Below, one piece after another: positions 31,010 to 40,776 of a stretch of 49,222 bases of DNA. The translations under genes and the position numbers were made by a program. The DNA is taken from NCBI RefSeq assembly GCF_003334255.1, contig NZ_QOWU01000039.1. The stretch is one strand, 5' to 3'. This DNA comes from Escherichia coli. GTDB lineage: Bacteria; Pseudomonadota; Gammaproteobacteria; Enterobacterales; Enterobacteriaceae. Below the pieces are notes generated by a model, which saw only the letters and a program-made list of their open reading frames with translations, had not been told where the DNA came from and searched no databases. The stretch's first letter is position 1. Each line of letters starts with the position of its first letter.

Positions 31010-31657
31010 ATGCCTGAAGCAACGCCTTTTCAGGTGATGATTGTGGATGATCATCCACTTATGCGACGCGGTGTTCGTCAGTTACTGGAGCTTGATCCTG
31101 GCTTTGAAGTGGTCGCCGAAGCGGGCGACGGCGCGAGCGCTATCGATCTGGCGAATAGACTGGATATCGACGTGATCTTGCTGGATCTCAATATGAAAGG
31201 TATGAGTGGCCTGGATACTCTCAATGCCTTGCGCAGGGATGGCGTTACCGCGCAAATTATTATCCTGACCGTATCCGATGCCTCCAGCGATGTCTTTGCG
31301 CTGATAGACGCAGGCGCAGACGGTTATCTGTTGAAAGACAGCGACCCGGAAGTATTGCTGGAAGCGATTCGTGCCGGAGCGAAAGGCAGCAAAGTCTTTA
31401 GCGAACGCGTCAATCAGTACTTACGTGAACGTGAAATGTTTGGCGCGGAAGAAGATCCCTTCAGCGTGCTGACGGAGCGCGAGCTGGATGTTCTGCACGA
31501 GCTGGCACAGGGGCTGTCAAATAAACAGATTGCCTCGGTGTTGAATATTTCCGAGCAGACAGTAAAAGTACATATTCGCAATCTGCTGCGTAAACTCAAT
31601 GTCCGCTCACGCGTGGCGGCCACCATTCTGTTCCTGCAACAACGCGGGGCACAATAA
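31010..31657 (+). CDS. narP: nitrate/nitrite response regulator NarP (NarL/FixJ family)
   Basis: The 215-aa product starts MPEATPFQVMIVDDHPLMRRG... and has a receiver domain plus a LuxR-type HTH. An AGGAG SD lies 8 nt upstream. The ATG is at 31010, inside track ORF 30980-31657. Confidence 0.95.
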   Translation: MPEATPFQVMIVDDHPLMRRGVRQLLELDPGFEVVAEAGDGASAIDLANRLDIDVILLDLNMKGMSGLDTLNALRRDGVTAQIIILTVSDASSDVFALIDAGADGYLLKDSDPEVLLEAIRAGAKGSKVFSERVNQYLREREMFGAEEDPFSVLTERELDVLHELAQGLSNKQIASVLNISEQTVKVHIRNLLRKLNVRSRVAATILFLQQRGAQ

Positions 31658-31661
31658 AAAT

Positions 31662-31686
31662 AGCCCGATGGATTTATCATCGGGCT
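31662..31686 (+). terminator. hairpin 3' of narP (probable terminator H1)
   Basis: AGCCCGATG-gatttat-CATCGGGCT begins 5 nt after the narP stop. Its T-tract is weak. Confidence 0.55.
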
Positions 31687-31710
31687 GAGATTTATGACAA
31701 ACGCAAAACT

Positions 31711-31809
31711 GCCTGATGCGCTACGCTTATCAGGCCTACGTGGATCGATCAATTTATTGAATTTACACAATTTTGTAGGCCGGATAAGGCGTTCACGCCG
31801 CATCCGGCA
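31711..31809. repeat. BIME-1 / RIP element (REP - IHF site - inverted REP)
   Basis: REP GCCTGATGCGCTACGCTTATCAGGCCTAC lies at 31711-31739 and the inverted REP GTAGGCCGGATAAGGCGTTCACGCCGCATCCGGCA at 31775-31809. The spacer contains ATCAATTTATTGA, which fits the IHF core consensus ATCAAnnnnTTR. Its minus strand, CTACAAAATTGTGTAAATTCAATAAATTG, matches the remembered RIP consensus. Confidence 0.85.
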
Positions 31810-31837
31810 TAAACTAAGCGCACTTTGTCAACAGTCT

Positions 31838-31873
31838 AGCCCGATGGCATCACCATCGGGCCTCTTTTTATTT
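31838..31873. terminator. hairpin H2 at the ccmH stop, followed on the + strand by a T-tract
   Basis: GCCCGATGG-catca-CCATCGGGC is followed by CTCTTTTTATTT. Its 5' arm TAGCCCGATGG is identical to that of H1. Confidence 0.55.
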
Positions 31874-32920
31874 ACTCTCCTGCGGCGACAAATGTTGCAT
31901 CGCCTGCGCGATACTACGTTCAATCACCGCACGGCGAGTATCGTTGGCAGGTAAGAGTTTCAACATCATCTCCCACGCGGCAACGGCTTCGCCAAATCGC
32001 TGCTGCTCAAAGGCATTAAACGCATACATGCTTAGCACACGGATATTGCTATGGTCCGTTCTCACCAGCTGACGTAGCAGTTCACCGCCGAGGCGGTTGT
32101 CGTTGGGATCAGATGAACGAGTCAACGCTTCAGCGTATCCCAGTGCAGCATCACTGTTTTTCGGATCGAGGCGATACGCAGTGGCGTATGCATCGGTGGC
32201 GATACTGGCGTTACCCAGCGCCATGCCAACGCGGCCCAACATAATCCAGCCTTCTATATCTCCCGGATTTTTTTGCAGTTGAGTACGCATCCCCAGCGCA
32301 AGACGCGACATCTCTTCTTCGTTGAGCGGATCGGCTTTCGGATCCAGCGCCCTGTCCAGCAACGCCGGAGCCTGTGCCGTGGCCTGCTGCCAGATTTTCA
32401 CCTGCTGATAATTGCCAGTCTGGTAGTAGCTGACGCCAGCCACAATTAACGCCACCACAATACCCGGCAGATAAACAACATATCCGGCACGCTTACCTTC
32501 CGGCACGCTTTGTTCAGGAAACGCTTCCGGCACCACGCGTACCCGACGCCGCGAGCGGGCGTATATGACCCAACCGCCAATGCCAATAGCCACTACTGGC
32601 AGCACCCACAGCAGCACGGTCAGCGGCGTTAACGGCGGATCGTAAGTGACGAAGTTGCCGTAACGCGCCACCATATAATCGACAATCTCTTTTTTACTTT
32701 TACCTTCCTGCATCAGTTCATACACTTTCTGACGCAGGTCGGTGGCAATCATCGAGTTGGAATCGGCAATGCTGTTGTTCTGGCATTTCGGGCAGCGCAG
32801 TTCTTCAGTGAGCTGACGGAACTGTTGTTCCTGTGCTTCATCTTTAAACTGCAACACATCGATGGTCGCCAGCGCTGAGCCGGAGATCATCAGCATCAGC
32901 ACGCCCAATAAAAACCTCAT
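31868..32920 (-). CDS. ccmH: cytochrome c maturation protein CcmH (fused CcmH/CcmI type with TPR region)
   Basis: The 350-aa ORF has a signal peptide and the LRCPKCQ thiol motif. It overlaps ccmG by 4 nt. Confidence 0.95.
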   Translation of the reverse strand: MRFLLGVLMLMISGSALATIDVLQFKDEAQEQQFRQLTEELRCPKCQNNSIADSNSMIATDLRQKVYELMQEGKSKKEIVDYMVARYGNFVTYDPPLTPLTVLLWVLPVVAIGIGGWVIYARSRRRVRVVPEAFPEQSVPEGKRAGYVVYLPGIVVALIVAGVSYYQTGNYQQVKIWQQATAQAPALLDRALDPKADPLNEEEMSRLALGMRTQLQKNPGDIEGWIMLGRVGMALGNASIATDAYATAYRLDPKNSDAALGYAEALTRSSDPNDNRLGGELLRQLVRTDHSNIRVLSMYAFNAFEQQRFGEAVAAWEMMLKLLPANDTRRAVIERSIAQAMQHLSPQESK

Positions 32921-33474
32921 TGTGCGGCCTCCTTACTGTATTTCTCCCACAGCGGCTTGATCTCTTCTTCCCAGACGCGAGGATTCAGATCGCCCGCATG
33001 GCGATAGCGAATGATGCCGTTGCCGTCAATAAGAAACGTTTCTGGCGCGCCATAGACACCGAGATCCAGCCCTAACATGCCATCGCCATCAAACAGGCTT
33101 AGCGCGTAAGGATTGCCCAGCTCTTTCAGCCAGCTGATTGCCTTCTGGCGATCGTCTTTATAGTTCATGCCGACCACGCGGATGCCCTGCGCAGAAAGCT
33201 GATTCAGATATTGATGTTCCGCACGGCAGGTCGGACACCAGGTCGCCCAGACGTTAAGCAGTACTGGTTTGCCCTGAGTCAGCACATCCGCCTGATAAAA
33301 CTGCCCCGGATTGTCCAGTGATTCGAGACGAAACTTCGGCACAGGCTTGCCAATGAGCGCCGATTCCAGATTGGTCGGATCATCCCCTTCGGCATTACGC
33401 GCCAGCTGCCACAGCAGCGCCGCGGCAATCGCCAAGAAGATAATCAACGGAATTAACAATACTTTGCGCTTCAT
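32917..33474 (-). CDS. ccmG: periplasmic thiol:disulfide oxidoreductase CcmG (DsbE)
   Basis: The 185-aa ORF has a membrane anchor and the thioredoxin motif WCPTC. Confidence 0.96.
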   Translation of the reverse strand: MKRKVLLIPLIIFLAIAAALLWQLARNAEGDDPTNLESALIGKPVPKFRLESLDNPGQFYQADVLTQGKPVLLNVWATWCPTCRAEHQYLNQLSAQGIRVVGMNYKDDRQKAISWLKELGNPYALSLFDGDGMLGLDLGVYGAPETFLIDGNGIIRYRHAGDLNPRVWEEEIKPLWEKYSKEAAQ

Positions 33475-35414
33475 ACGGCCTCCGGCGCAGTTTTTTGCGG
33501 ACTCACGCGCTTACGATAGCGAGGATCAAACAGACACAGCAGTCCGCCCAACGCCATCATCAGCCCGCCCGCCCAAATCCAGCGAACAAATGGTTTGTAG
33601 TAAAGACGCACGGCCCACGCGCCGTTTTCCAGCTCTTCACCGAGGGCCGCGTACAGGTCACGCGTGATGCCGCCGTCAATTGCCGCTTCGGTCATCATCG
33701 ACCCGGCAGTGTTGTAATAACGTTTTTCCGCATACAGCACCGTTTCCGGCTTGCCATCGCGCGTTACGCCGATAGTCGCCACACCGCCACGCCAGTTCGG
33801 GCCAGTCACCTCTTTGACATCACGGAAGGTGAAGCGATATTCATGAATATCGACGCTATCGCCGGACTTCATGCGCACATCACGCTCAACGCTATAGTTC
33901 TGGCTAAAGGCAATGCCAACAATTGTCACTGCCAGCCCAAGGTGAGCCGCCACCATCCCCCAATAACTGAAGGTGGTTTTCGTGCCGCGTGAAATACGTA
34001 GCGCAGCTTCCGCAATTGCCAGCACCGCAATCCAGCAGGCCATTGCCAGGCCGAGCACCGTCATCGCCACAACTTTGCTTTCGAACAGCCACGGCAACAG
34101 CAGCGACAGCACCAGCGTAGAGATGAAGGCGATAATCAATAAATTGCGGATCTTACGCGGGCGATCCCGCCCCCAGCGCACCAGAGGACCGACACCAAGC
34201 AGTAGCGCAAACGGCACCATCAGCCAGGTAAACATGGTGTTGAAGAACGGTTCGCCAATCGAAATACTGCCCAGTCCCAGTTGCTTATGCACCAACGGCA
34301 GCAGCGTCCCCAGCAACACCACCAGCATCGCAGCGACCAGCAAAACATTGTTCGCTAACAGCAAAGATTCCCGCGACCACAGCGCATTGTTTACGCGTGA
34401 GCGAACTTTGTGTCCACGCGCGGCAAACAGCAGCAGCGAACCGCCAATCACCAGCACCATAAAGGCGAGGATAAACATACCGCGCGCCGGATCAGACGCA
34501 AACGCGTGTACCGATACCAGCACGCCGGAACGCACGAGGAAAGTCCCCAACAGACACAACGAGAAGGCACTGATTGCCAGCAGTAATGTCCACGCTTTGA
34601 AGCTGGCGCGTTGTTCAGTGACCGCCAGTGAGTGCATCAGCGCAGTCCCCACCAGCCACGGCATAAACGAGGCGTTTTCTACCGGATCCCAGAACCACCA
34701 GCCACCCCAGCCGAGTTCGTAATAGGCCCATGCGGAACCGAGCACGATGCCGAGCGTCAGGAAGATCCACGCTGCCAGCGTCCACGGACGAGTAAAACGC
34801 GCATAAGTGCTGTCCAGACGCCCGCTCAGCAAAGAAGCAATGGCAAAAGCAAACGCCACCGAGAAACCCACGTACCCCATATAAAGCAGAGGCGGATGGA
34901 AGATCAGCCCCGGATCCTGCAATAGCGGGTTAAGATCGCGACCTTCAATCGGGAAGTTCGGCAACGTGCGAGAGAACGGGTTAGAGGTAAAGAGAATGAA
35001 CAGCAAAAAGCCGACACTGACCATCCCCATTATCGCCAGTACACGGGCCACAATATCCAGCGGAATACGCTGACTAAAAATCGCCACCGCAAAGGTCCAG
35101 CCGCTCATCAGCAGCACCCACAGCAGTAGCGAGCCTTCATGCGCGCCCCAGGTAGCCGCCACGCGATACCACACCGGAAGCTGGGTATTGGAGTTGCTGG
35201 CAACATAGGTGACGGTGAAGTCGTTGACCACGAAAGCATTGACCAGCACCAGAAATGCGCCAGCCACAGACATAAACAGCAGCCAGGCAAACAAGCGGGA
35301 AGACGCCATCATGCGCGCATCTCCGCGCGCCACGCCCCATAGCGGATACACGGACAGCAGCAGCGCAATTCCCAGCGCCAGGCACAGCAGTCCGTTACCA
35401 ATTTCTGGCATCAT
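33471..35414 (-). CDS. ccmF: cytochrome c heme lyase subunit CcmF
   Basis: The 647-aa polytopic ORF carries the WWD motif [12 protein letters not shown]. Confidence 0.96.
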
Positions 35415-35890
35415 GATGCTGGGTCCTTATAAACACTCGCCGGGCGACGGTGGTTAGCTTCCATCGCTTTCTCAACTTCTGGCGGCGTATAGTTTTCATC
35501 GTGTTTCGCCAGCACTTCTTTCGCGAGGATATGATTGCCTTTTTCCAGTTCGCCCTGCACCACAACGCCCTGCCCTTCACGGAACAGATCCGGCAAAATG
35601 CCTTCGTAAGAGACATCCACTGAGCCTTCAGCATCGTAAATGGTGAAGGTCACTTTCAGCGAATTGGGATCGCGCTGCACACTACCCGGCATCACCATCC
35701 CGCCAACGCGCAGACGCTGACCGACTTCCGGCATTTGCTGAGTTTCACGCTTGCCGTAGAGAATTTCCCCCGGCGTATAAAAGAGATCGATATTCGAGCG
35801 CAGCGCATATAGCACCAGACCGATAGTCAGCGCCAGCCCTGCCAACACGGCACAGGCAATCCACAAGCGGTTTTTACGGCGAATATTCAT
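35411..35890 (-). CDS. ccmE: heme chaperone CcmE
   Basis: The 159-aa ORF has an N-terminal anchor and the heme-binding His region [12 protein letters not shown]. Confidence 0.96.
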
Positions 35891-36096
35891 GCAGCCTCCT
35901 GCTGTTGCGCAGCACGTAAACGCGCCTCACGCGCCCGCTGTTGCGCCACGCCACGCAGAATTGCGCGATGTTGCATCACCGAGTGCACGACCAAAACCAC
36001 CAGCGGAATAACGGTCATCACCACCGCCAGCCAGACAAAAAAGGCGTAACCGCCCATTGCGAAAAATTCATTCCAGGAAGCAAATGCAGGGGTCAT
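35887..36096 (-). CDS. ccmD: heme export accessory protein CcmD
   Basis: The 69-aa single-TM ORF overlaps both neighbours by 4 nt. Confidence 0.93.
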
Positions 36097-36830
36097 TTAC
36101 GGCCTCTTTTCAGTATCAGTTCACTCACCCACGGACGGCGTTTTTCCATCAGCAAAATCAAATTACGCATCCGCATCAGCGTCAGCGTGGCAGACAGGAG
36201 CAGGAAGCCAAAAATCGACCAGCGCAGCGGCGAACGCATCGCCGGATCGATACTTTGCTGCATCCGCGTTGATCCCTGATGCAGGGTGTTCCACCACTCC
36301 ACGGAGTAATGAATAATCGGCAGATTCACCACGCCAATCAGCACCAGGATACCTGCCGCACGGCCCGCCAGACGGCGGTCGTCGAAGGCGTGCCACAGGG
36401 CAATCACACCCACATACAAAAACAGCAGCACCAGTTCAGAAGTCAGACGTGCATCCCATACCCACCAGGTGCCCCACATCGGTTTTCCCCATGCAGAGCC
36501 GGTAACCAGGGCAATAAAGGTAAACACGGCACCAATGGGGGCCATCGCCGCCACCGCCAGGTTGGCCATTTTCATCTGCCAGACAAGGCCAATAAACGCT
36601 GCCACTGCCATTGATGCATAAATGCCCATCGACCAGATCGCCGCAGGCACATGCAGGTAGATAATGCGGTAGCTATTTCCCTGCTGATAATCAGCCGGAG
36701 CAAAGCCGAATCCCCAGATCCAGCCGACGGTAAGCACGACCACACTGGCAATTGCCAGCCACGGTATAAACCAGCCACAGATTTGATACAGCCGTGGTGG
36801 GATCGCCAGTTGATGCAGTGTTTTCCACAT
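36093..36830 (-). CDS. ccmC: heme exporter protein CcmC
   Basis: The 245-aa product starts MWKTLHQLAIPPRLYQ and carries the Trp-rich motif WGTWWVWDARLT. The track ORF is extended to a TTG at 36854; I used the ATG at 36830. Confidence 0.94.
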   Translation of the reverse strand: MWKTLHQLAIPPRLYQICGWFIPWLAIASVVVLTVGWIWGFGFAPADYQQGNSYRIIYLHVPAAIWSMGIYASMAVAAFIGLVWQMKMANLAVAAMAPIGAVFTFIALVTGSAWGKPMWGTWWVWDARLTSELVLLFLYVGVIALWHAFDDRRLAGRAAGILVLIGVVNLPIIHYSVEWWNTLHQGSTRMQQSIDPAMRSPLRWSIFGFLLLSATLTLMRMRNLILLMEKRRPWVSELILKRGRK

Positions 36831-36871
36831 AGTTTCGATACCAGACTCGAACAAAAATCAGTAATCCAGCG

Positions 36872-37534
36872 TTATTGAATGCTGATTCGTAACGCTGCCG
36901 CCGTCGCAAAAGGACTTAATGTCGCGGTGCCTGCCAGCAACGCGCCTAAAATTGCCAGATACCCGTCAACGGGCAAATGCATAGAAGCCGCGTCCATCGC
37001 GGCGGTGGCAAAGATGAGTAATGGGATAGTCAGCGGTAACACCAGTATGCTGAGCAGCACACCACCGCGCTTAAGTCCCACTGTCAGCGCCACGCCCGGT
37101 GCACCGAGAAAGCCAAGCGTAGGCGTTCCCAGCAGCAGCGTCAGCGCCATCACTTGCCAGCCATAAACATCCATTCCCAGTAGCATTGCTACCAGTGGCG
37201 AAAGGATGAGTAACGGCAGACCGGTTACCATCCAGTGCGCCATCACCTTCGCCAGCACAACGGCGGGCAAGGGTAACGGCAACAACATCAATTGTTCAAG
37301 ACTGCCGTCCTGCAAATCGTCACGGAACAGTCGTTCCAGCGCCAGCAAGGATGAAAGCAGCGCAGCAACCCAGATAATGCCCGGTGCAATACGCGCCAGC
37401 AGTTGCGGCTCCGGACCGATACTGAGCGGAAAAAGGGTAATTACAATCAGGAAGAACCACAGCGGGTTGGCGATTTCGGCGCTATGGCGAAACGCTACAC
37501 GCAGCTCAAGACGGAAAATGCGCCAGAACATCAT
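36872..37534 (-). CDS. ccmB: heme exporter permease CcmB
   Basis: 220-aa polytopic ORF. Confidence 0.95.
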
Positions 37535-38154
37535 GCGGCCCTCGTTTGCGTCAGTGAAATGCGGCGAATTTTACTTTCAGCAACGTTGAGCGGCTGGTGG
37601 GTAGTCAGAATCACAATCCCCCCCTGCTCCGTATGCTGCGCCATACGCTGGGTCAGACGATCGACACCGTTAACGTCAATCGCGGTAAAAGGCTCGTCGA
37701 GGATCCATAACGTGGCACGGGTCAGCCACAGACGCGCTAAAGCGACGCGGCGTTGTTGCCCGGCCGAGAGCTGATTTACAGGAATATCTTCGAATCCGGC
37801 AAGCCCGGCCTGCGCCAGGGCTTCCAGACATTGTGCGGTATCGCCATCGCGATGATAAAAGTGCAGATTTTCTAACGCCGTCAGCCGGGTTTTGATCCCC
37901 GGCTGATGGCCTATCCATAACAGGTTTTGATGGTAGCTGTCGCGTACCTGATGCAAGGGCTGCCCTTGCCAGAGAACCTCGCCTGCGTCAGGGCGAGACA
38001 ACCCCGTCAGCAAACGGAGAAGCGTTGTCTTCCCCGCGCCGTTGCTACCGGTGATTTGTACCCACTCTCCTGCGTTCAGCGTAAATGACAAGCCACTAAA
38101 TAAGGTTCGTTCATCCCGCTCACAAAGTAACTCTCTGGCTTCAAGCATACCCAC
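37531..38154 (-). CDS. ccmA: heme exporter ATP-binding protein CcmA
   Basis: The 207-aa ORF starts with GTG. It has Walker A GSNGAGKT and the LSAGQQRR signature. It begins 12 nt after the napC stop. Confidence 0.94.
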   Translation of the reverse strand: MGMLEARELLCERDERTLFSGLSFTLNAGEWVQITGSNGAGKTTLLRLLTGLSRPDAGEVLWQGQPLHQVRDSYHQNLLWIGHQPGIKTRLTALENLHFYHRDGDTAQCLEALAQAGLAGFEDIPVNQLSAGQQRRVALARLWLTRATLWILDEPFTAIDVNGVDRLTQRMAQHTEQGGIVILTTHQPLNVAESKIRRISLTQTRAA

Positions 38155-38166
38155 GCAATAACCCTG

Positions 38167-38769
38167 TTAAAAACCTGGCTCGACTTCACGCATATCGGGC
38201 AGCTTGTGCGCTATCCCTTTATGGCAATCAATACAGGTTTGCCCATCTTTCACCGCCTGGTCATGCATCTTCGCGGCAACCGATTTCTGGGCGGTTGTAT
38301 CCATATACTCGAAGTTGTGACAGTTACGGCACTCCTGCGAGTTATTGTCCTTCATGCGCCGCCACTCATTCTGTGCCATCGTCAGACGATGAGCTTCAAA
38401 TTTCTGCGGCGTGTCAATAACGCCAAAAATTTTACCATACAGCTCTTTACTTGCTTTGAGCTTGCGTATCATCTTCGGCACAAACTCGTGCGGAACGTGA
38501 CAATCCGGACAGGTCGCACGGACGCCGCTACGGTTGTTGTAGTGCACGGAATCCATGTATTCCTGATACACCGTGTTGCGCATTTCGTGGCAGCTAATGC
38601 AGAACTCTTCGGTATTGGCTTTTTCCATCCCGGTGTTAAAGCCACCCCAGAAGACGATGCCGCCAACAAAACCGATCAACAGCAGCGTCCCCAGCGCCAG
38701 ACGGCTGGGGGTACGCCACCATTTCCACAGGCGCTTAATCAGACCAGGCTTACGGTCAGAATTTCCCAT
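38167..38769 (-). CDS. napC: membrane tetraheme cytochrome c quinol dehydrogenase NapC (NapC/NirT family)
   Basis: The 200-aa ORF has four CxxCH motifs (CISCH, CPDCH, CRNCH, CIDCH) and an N-terminal anchor. Confidence 0.96.
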   Translation of the reverse strand: MGNSDRKPGLIKRLWKWWRTPSRLALGTLLLIGFVGGIVFWGGFNTGMEKANTEEFCISCHEMRNTVYQEYMDSVHYNNRSGVRATCPDCHVPHEFVPKMIRKLKASKELYGKIFGVIDTPQKFEAHRLTMAQNEWRRMKDNNSQECRNCHNFEYMDTTAQKSVAAKMHDQAVKDGQTCIDCHKGIAHKLPDMREVEPGF

Positions 38770-38778
38770 AATAACCTC

Positions 38779-39228
38779 TTATTTCCCGTAACCTTTTGAT
38801 GGGGTAAAGGTATTCCCCACGATTGGCGCGGTATCGGCCTGCGGTACGTGACATTGCAGACAGAAATAACGACGCGGAGCCACTTCCGCGCCCACTTTGC
38901 CGTCGCTGTCCATAAAGTGAGTAGGACTGATACGCGGCGCGCCAGTGGTGCGATAGCTTTCGACACCGTGGCACTGCAAGCAGCGATTGGTATTGGTCGT
39001 TACCTGATAACCTTCAACGCTATGCGGGATCATTGGCGGCTGATTCACATAGTTCAGCGGCATCCGATCCTGCTCTTTTGGCATCCGAATGGCCCCTTCC
39101 TGTGTCCCGGATACTTCCGGCGACTGGCTAAAATCGACGCCATTAGCCGCCCAAACCGCGCCGCTTACCACCAGGGCCAGCATCGCCGTCCATTGACACA
39201 GCGCTTTCTTCAGGTCATGGCTTTTCAT
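38779..39228 (-). CDS. napB: periplasmic diheme cytochrome c NapB
   Basis: The 149-aa product starts [27 protein letters not shown] and has two CLQCH motifs. Its ATG at 39228 overlaps the napH stop (ATGA). The track ORF is over-extended to 39249. Confidence 0.95.
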   Translation of the reverse strand: MKSHDLKKALCQWTAMLALVVSGAVWAANGVDFSQSPEVSGTQEGAIRMPKEQDRMPLNYVNQPPMIPHSVEGYQVTTNTNRCLQCHGVESYRTTGAPRISPTHFMDSDGKVGAEVAPRRYFCLQCHVPQADTAPIVGNTFTPSKGYGK

Positions 39229-40088
39229 GATTTCGCTCCCGAACTCCATCGTGTAGTTATTGTAAATACATCCTCAGAACAGACATCCACGCAGCGACCG
39301 CACGTCATGCAATCGCGGCTGGTGACCTGCACCGGGCTTTGTTCATCCAGCACCGGGGCACGTAGCACATGCGGTTCCGGGCAAACATGAAAACAATCCA
39401 TACAGCGGTTACATTTCTGCCGATCGGTGGCCGCAACGGTAATCACACCTTTGCTACCCAGCACGCCATACAGCGCGCCAACCGGACAAATGTGCCCGCA
39501 CCAGCCGTGTTCAACGACCAGTAGATCAAATAAAAACAGCGCGAGAATAAGCAGCGCGCCGCTGCCGAAGCCCATTACCAGGCTACGCCCCATCAGAGAA
39601 ACGGGGTTGATCCATTCCCAAATGAGCGTGCCAGTTAAGGCTGATCCCACCAGAATGACCACCAACAGCACGTAGCGAATGTGGCGAGGGATCGTCGCAG
39701 ACTGATTGAGGTCAAAGCGCCTGCGTAACCAGTTCGCTAAGTCGGTAATCGGGTTCAGCGGGCAGACCCAGCTGCAAAATAATCGCTTTCCCGCCAGGGC
39801 GTAGAGCACGGTGATAATCACCGCACCGGTCAACGCCACCGTGGCAGGCAGATGACCACTGGCAAGACTTTGCAGCGTCATCAGCGGATCGGTCAGCGGA
39901 ACGGTGTCGAATAACAGGCTACTGCTGTAGTTGCCGTGCAAGATCCACACACCAAACCATGGACCGCTCAAAAACATCCCCAGCACGAAGAACTGACAAA
40001 GGCGACGTAACACCAGCCAACGGTGACTGCGCCACCAGCCTTTTTTCTCCAGCGCCTCGCGCCCGGCGTCACGTTTACGATTTGCCAT
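39225..40088 (-). CDS. napH: membrane ferredoxin-type quinol dehydrogenase subunit NapH
   Basis: The 287-aa ORF has four TM segments and C-terminal 4Fe-4S Cys clusters ([23 protein letters not shown]). Confidence 0.95.
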
Positions 40089-40770
40089 TGTTCCCCTCCA
40101 GCCAGCCGAAGCGGTAATGGTGACCTAACTCCCCTTTCGCCAGTGACAGCGGTAACACCTTGATTGCCGGTTGTTCCAGCACGCATACTTTTTCGCACTT
40201 ACCGCAACCGGTACAGGCGTCGCTGTGAACCGTCGGCAGAAAGCGGGCGTGCTTACCGGTACGCGTGTTGCGCTCCAGCTCCAGGGTGATGGCCTCATCA
40301 ATTTTCGGGCATTCGCGATAACAAACATCGCAGCGCAGCCCCTGAAAGTTGAGACAGTTTTCCTGGTCCACCAGTACCGCCAGCCCCATCCGCGCGTCGT
40401 CGATCGATTCAATCTCACGATCCAGCGCACCGCTTGGGCACACTTTGGCGCACGGAATGTCCTCACACATTTCGCAAGGAATATCCCGTGCGACAAAATA
40501 TGGCGTGCCCGCCGACAGACCAGAGGCCAGCGTCGCCAGTTTTAAGGTGTCGTAAGGGCAAGCCTGAACACACTGACCGCAACGCACACAGGCACTGGCA
40601 AAGGCGTTCTCGTTTATGGCTCCGGGCGGGCGCAACCGCACGCCAGATGCGCGTGCGGTTTGCTGTTGTAACCCCAGCGCCACACCCACGGCAGCCAGCC
40701 CGCCTGCTGTGCGAACGACATCGCGCAGAAAGCGGCGGCGACCATTTTGAGGTTTCGCTGACCGGGACAT
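40075..40770 (-). CDS. napG: periplasmic ferredoxin-type subunit NapG (Tat signal)
   Basis: The 231-aa ORF has the twin-arginine signal [10 protein letters not shown] and multiple CxxCxxCxxxCP motifs. Confidence 0.95.
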
Positions 40771-40776
40771 AATGGC

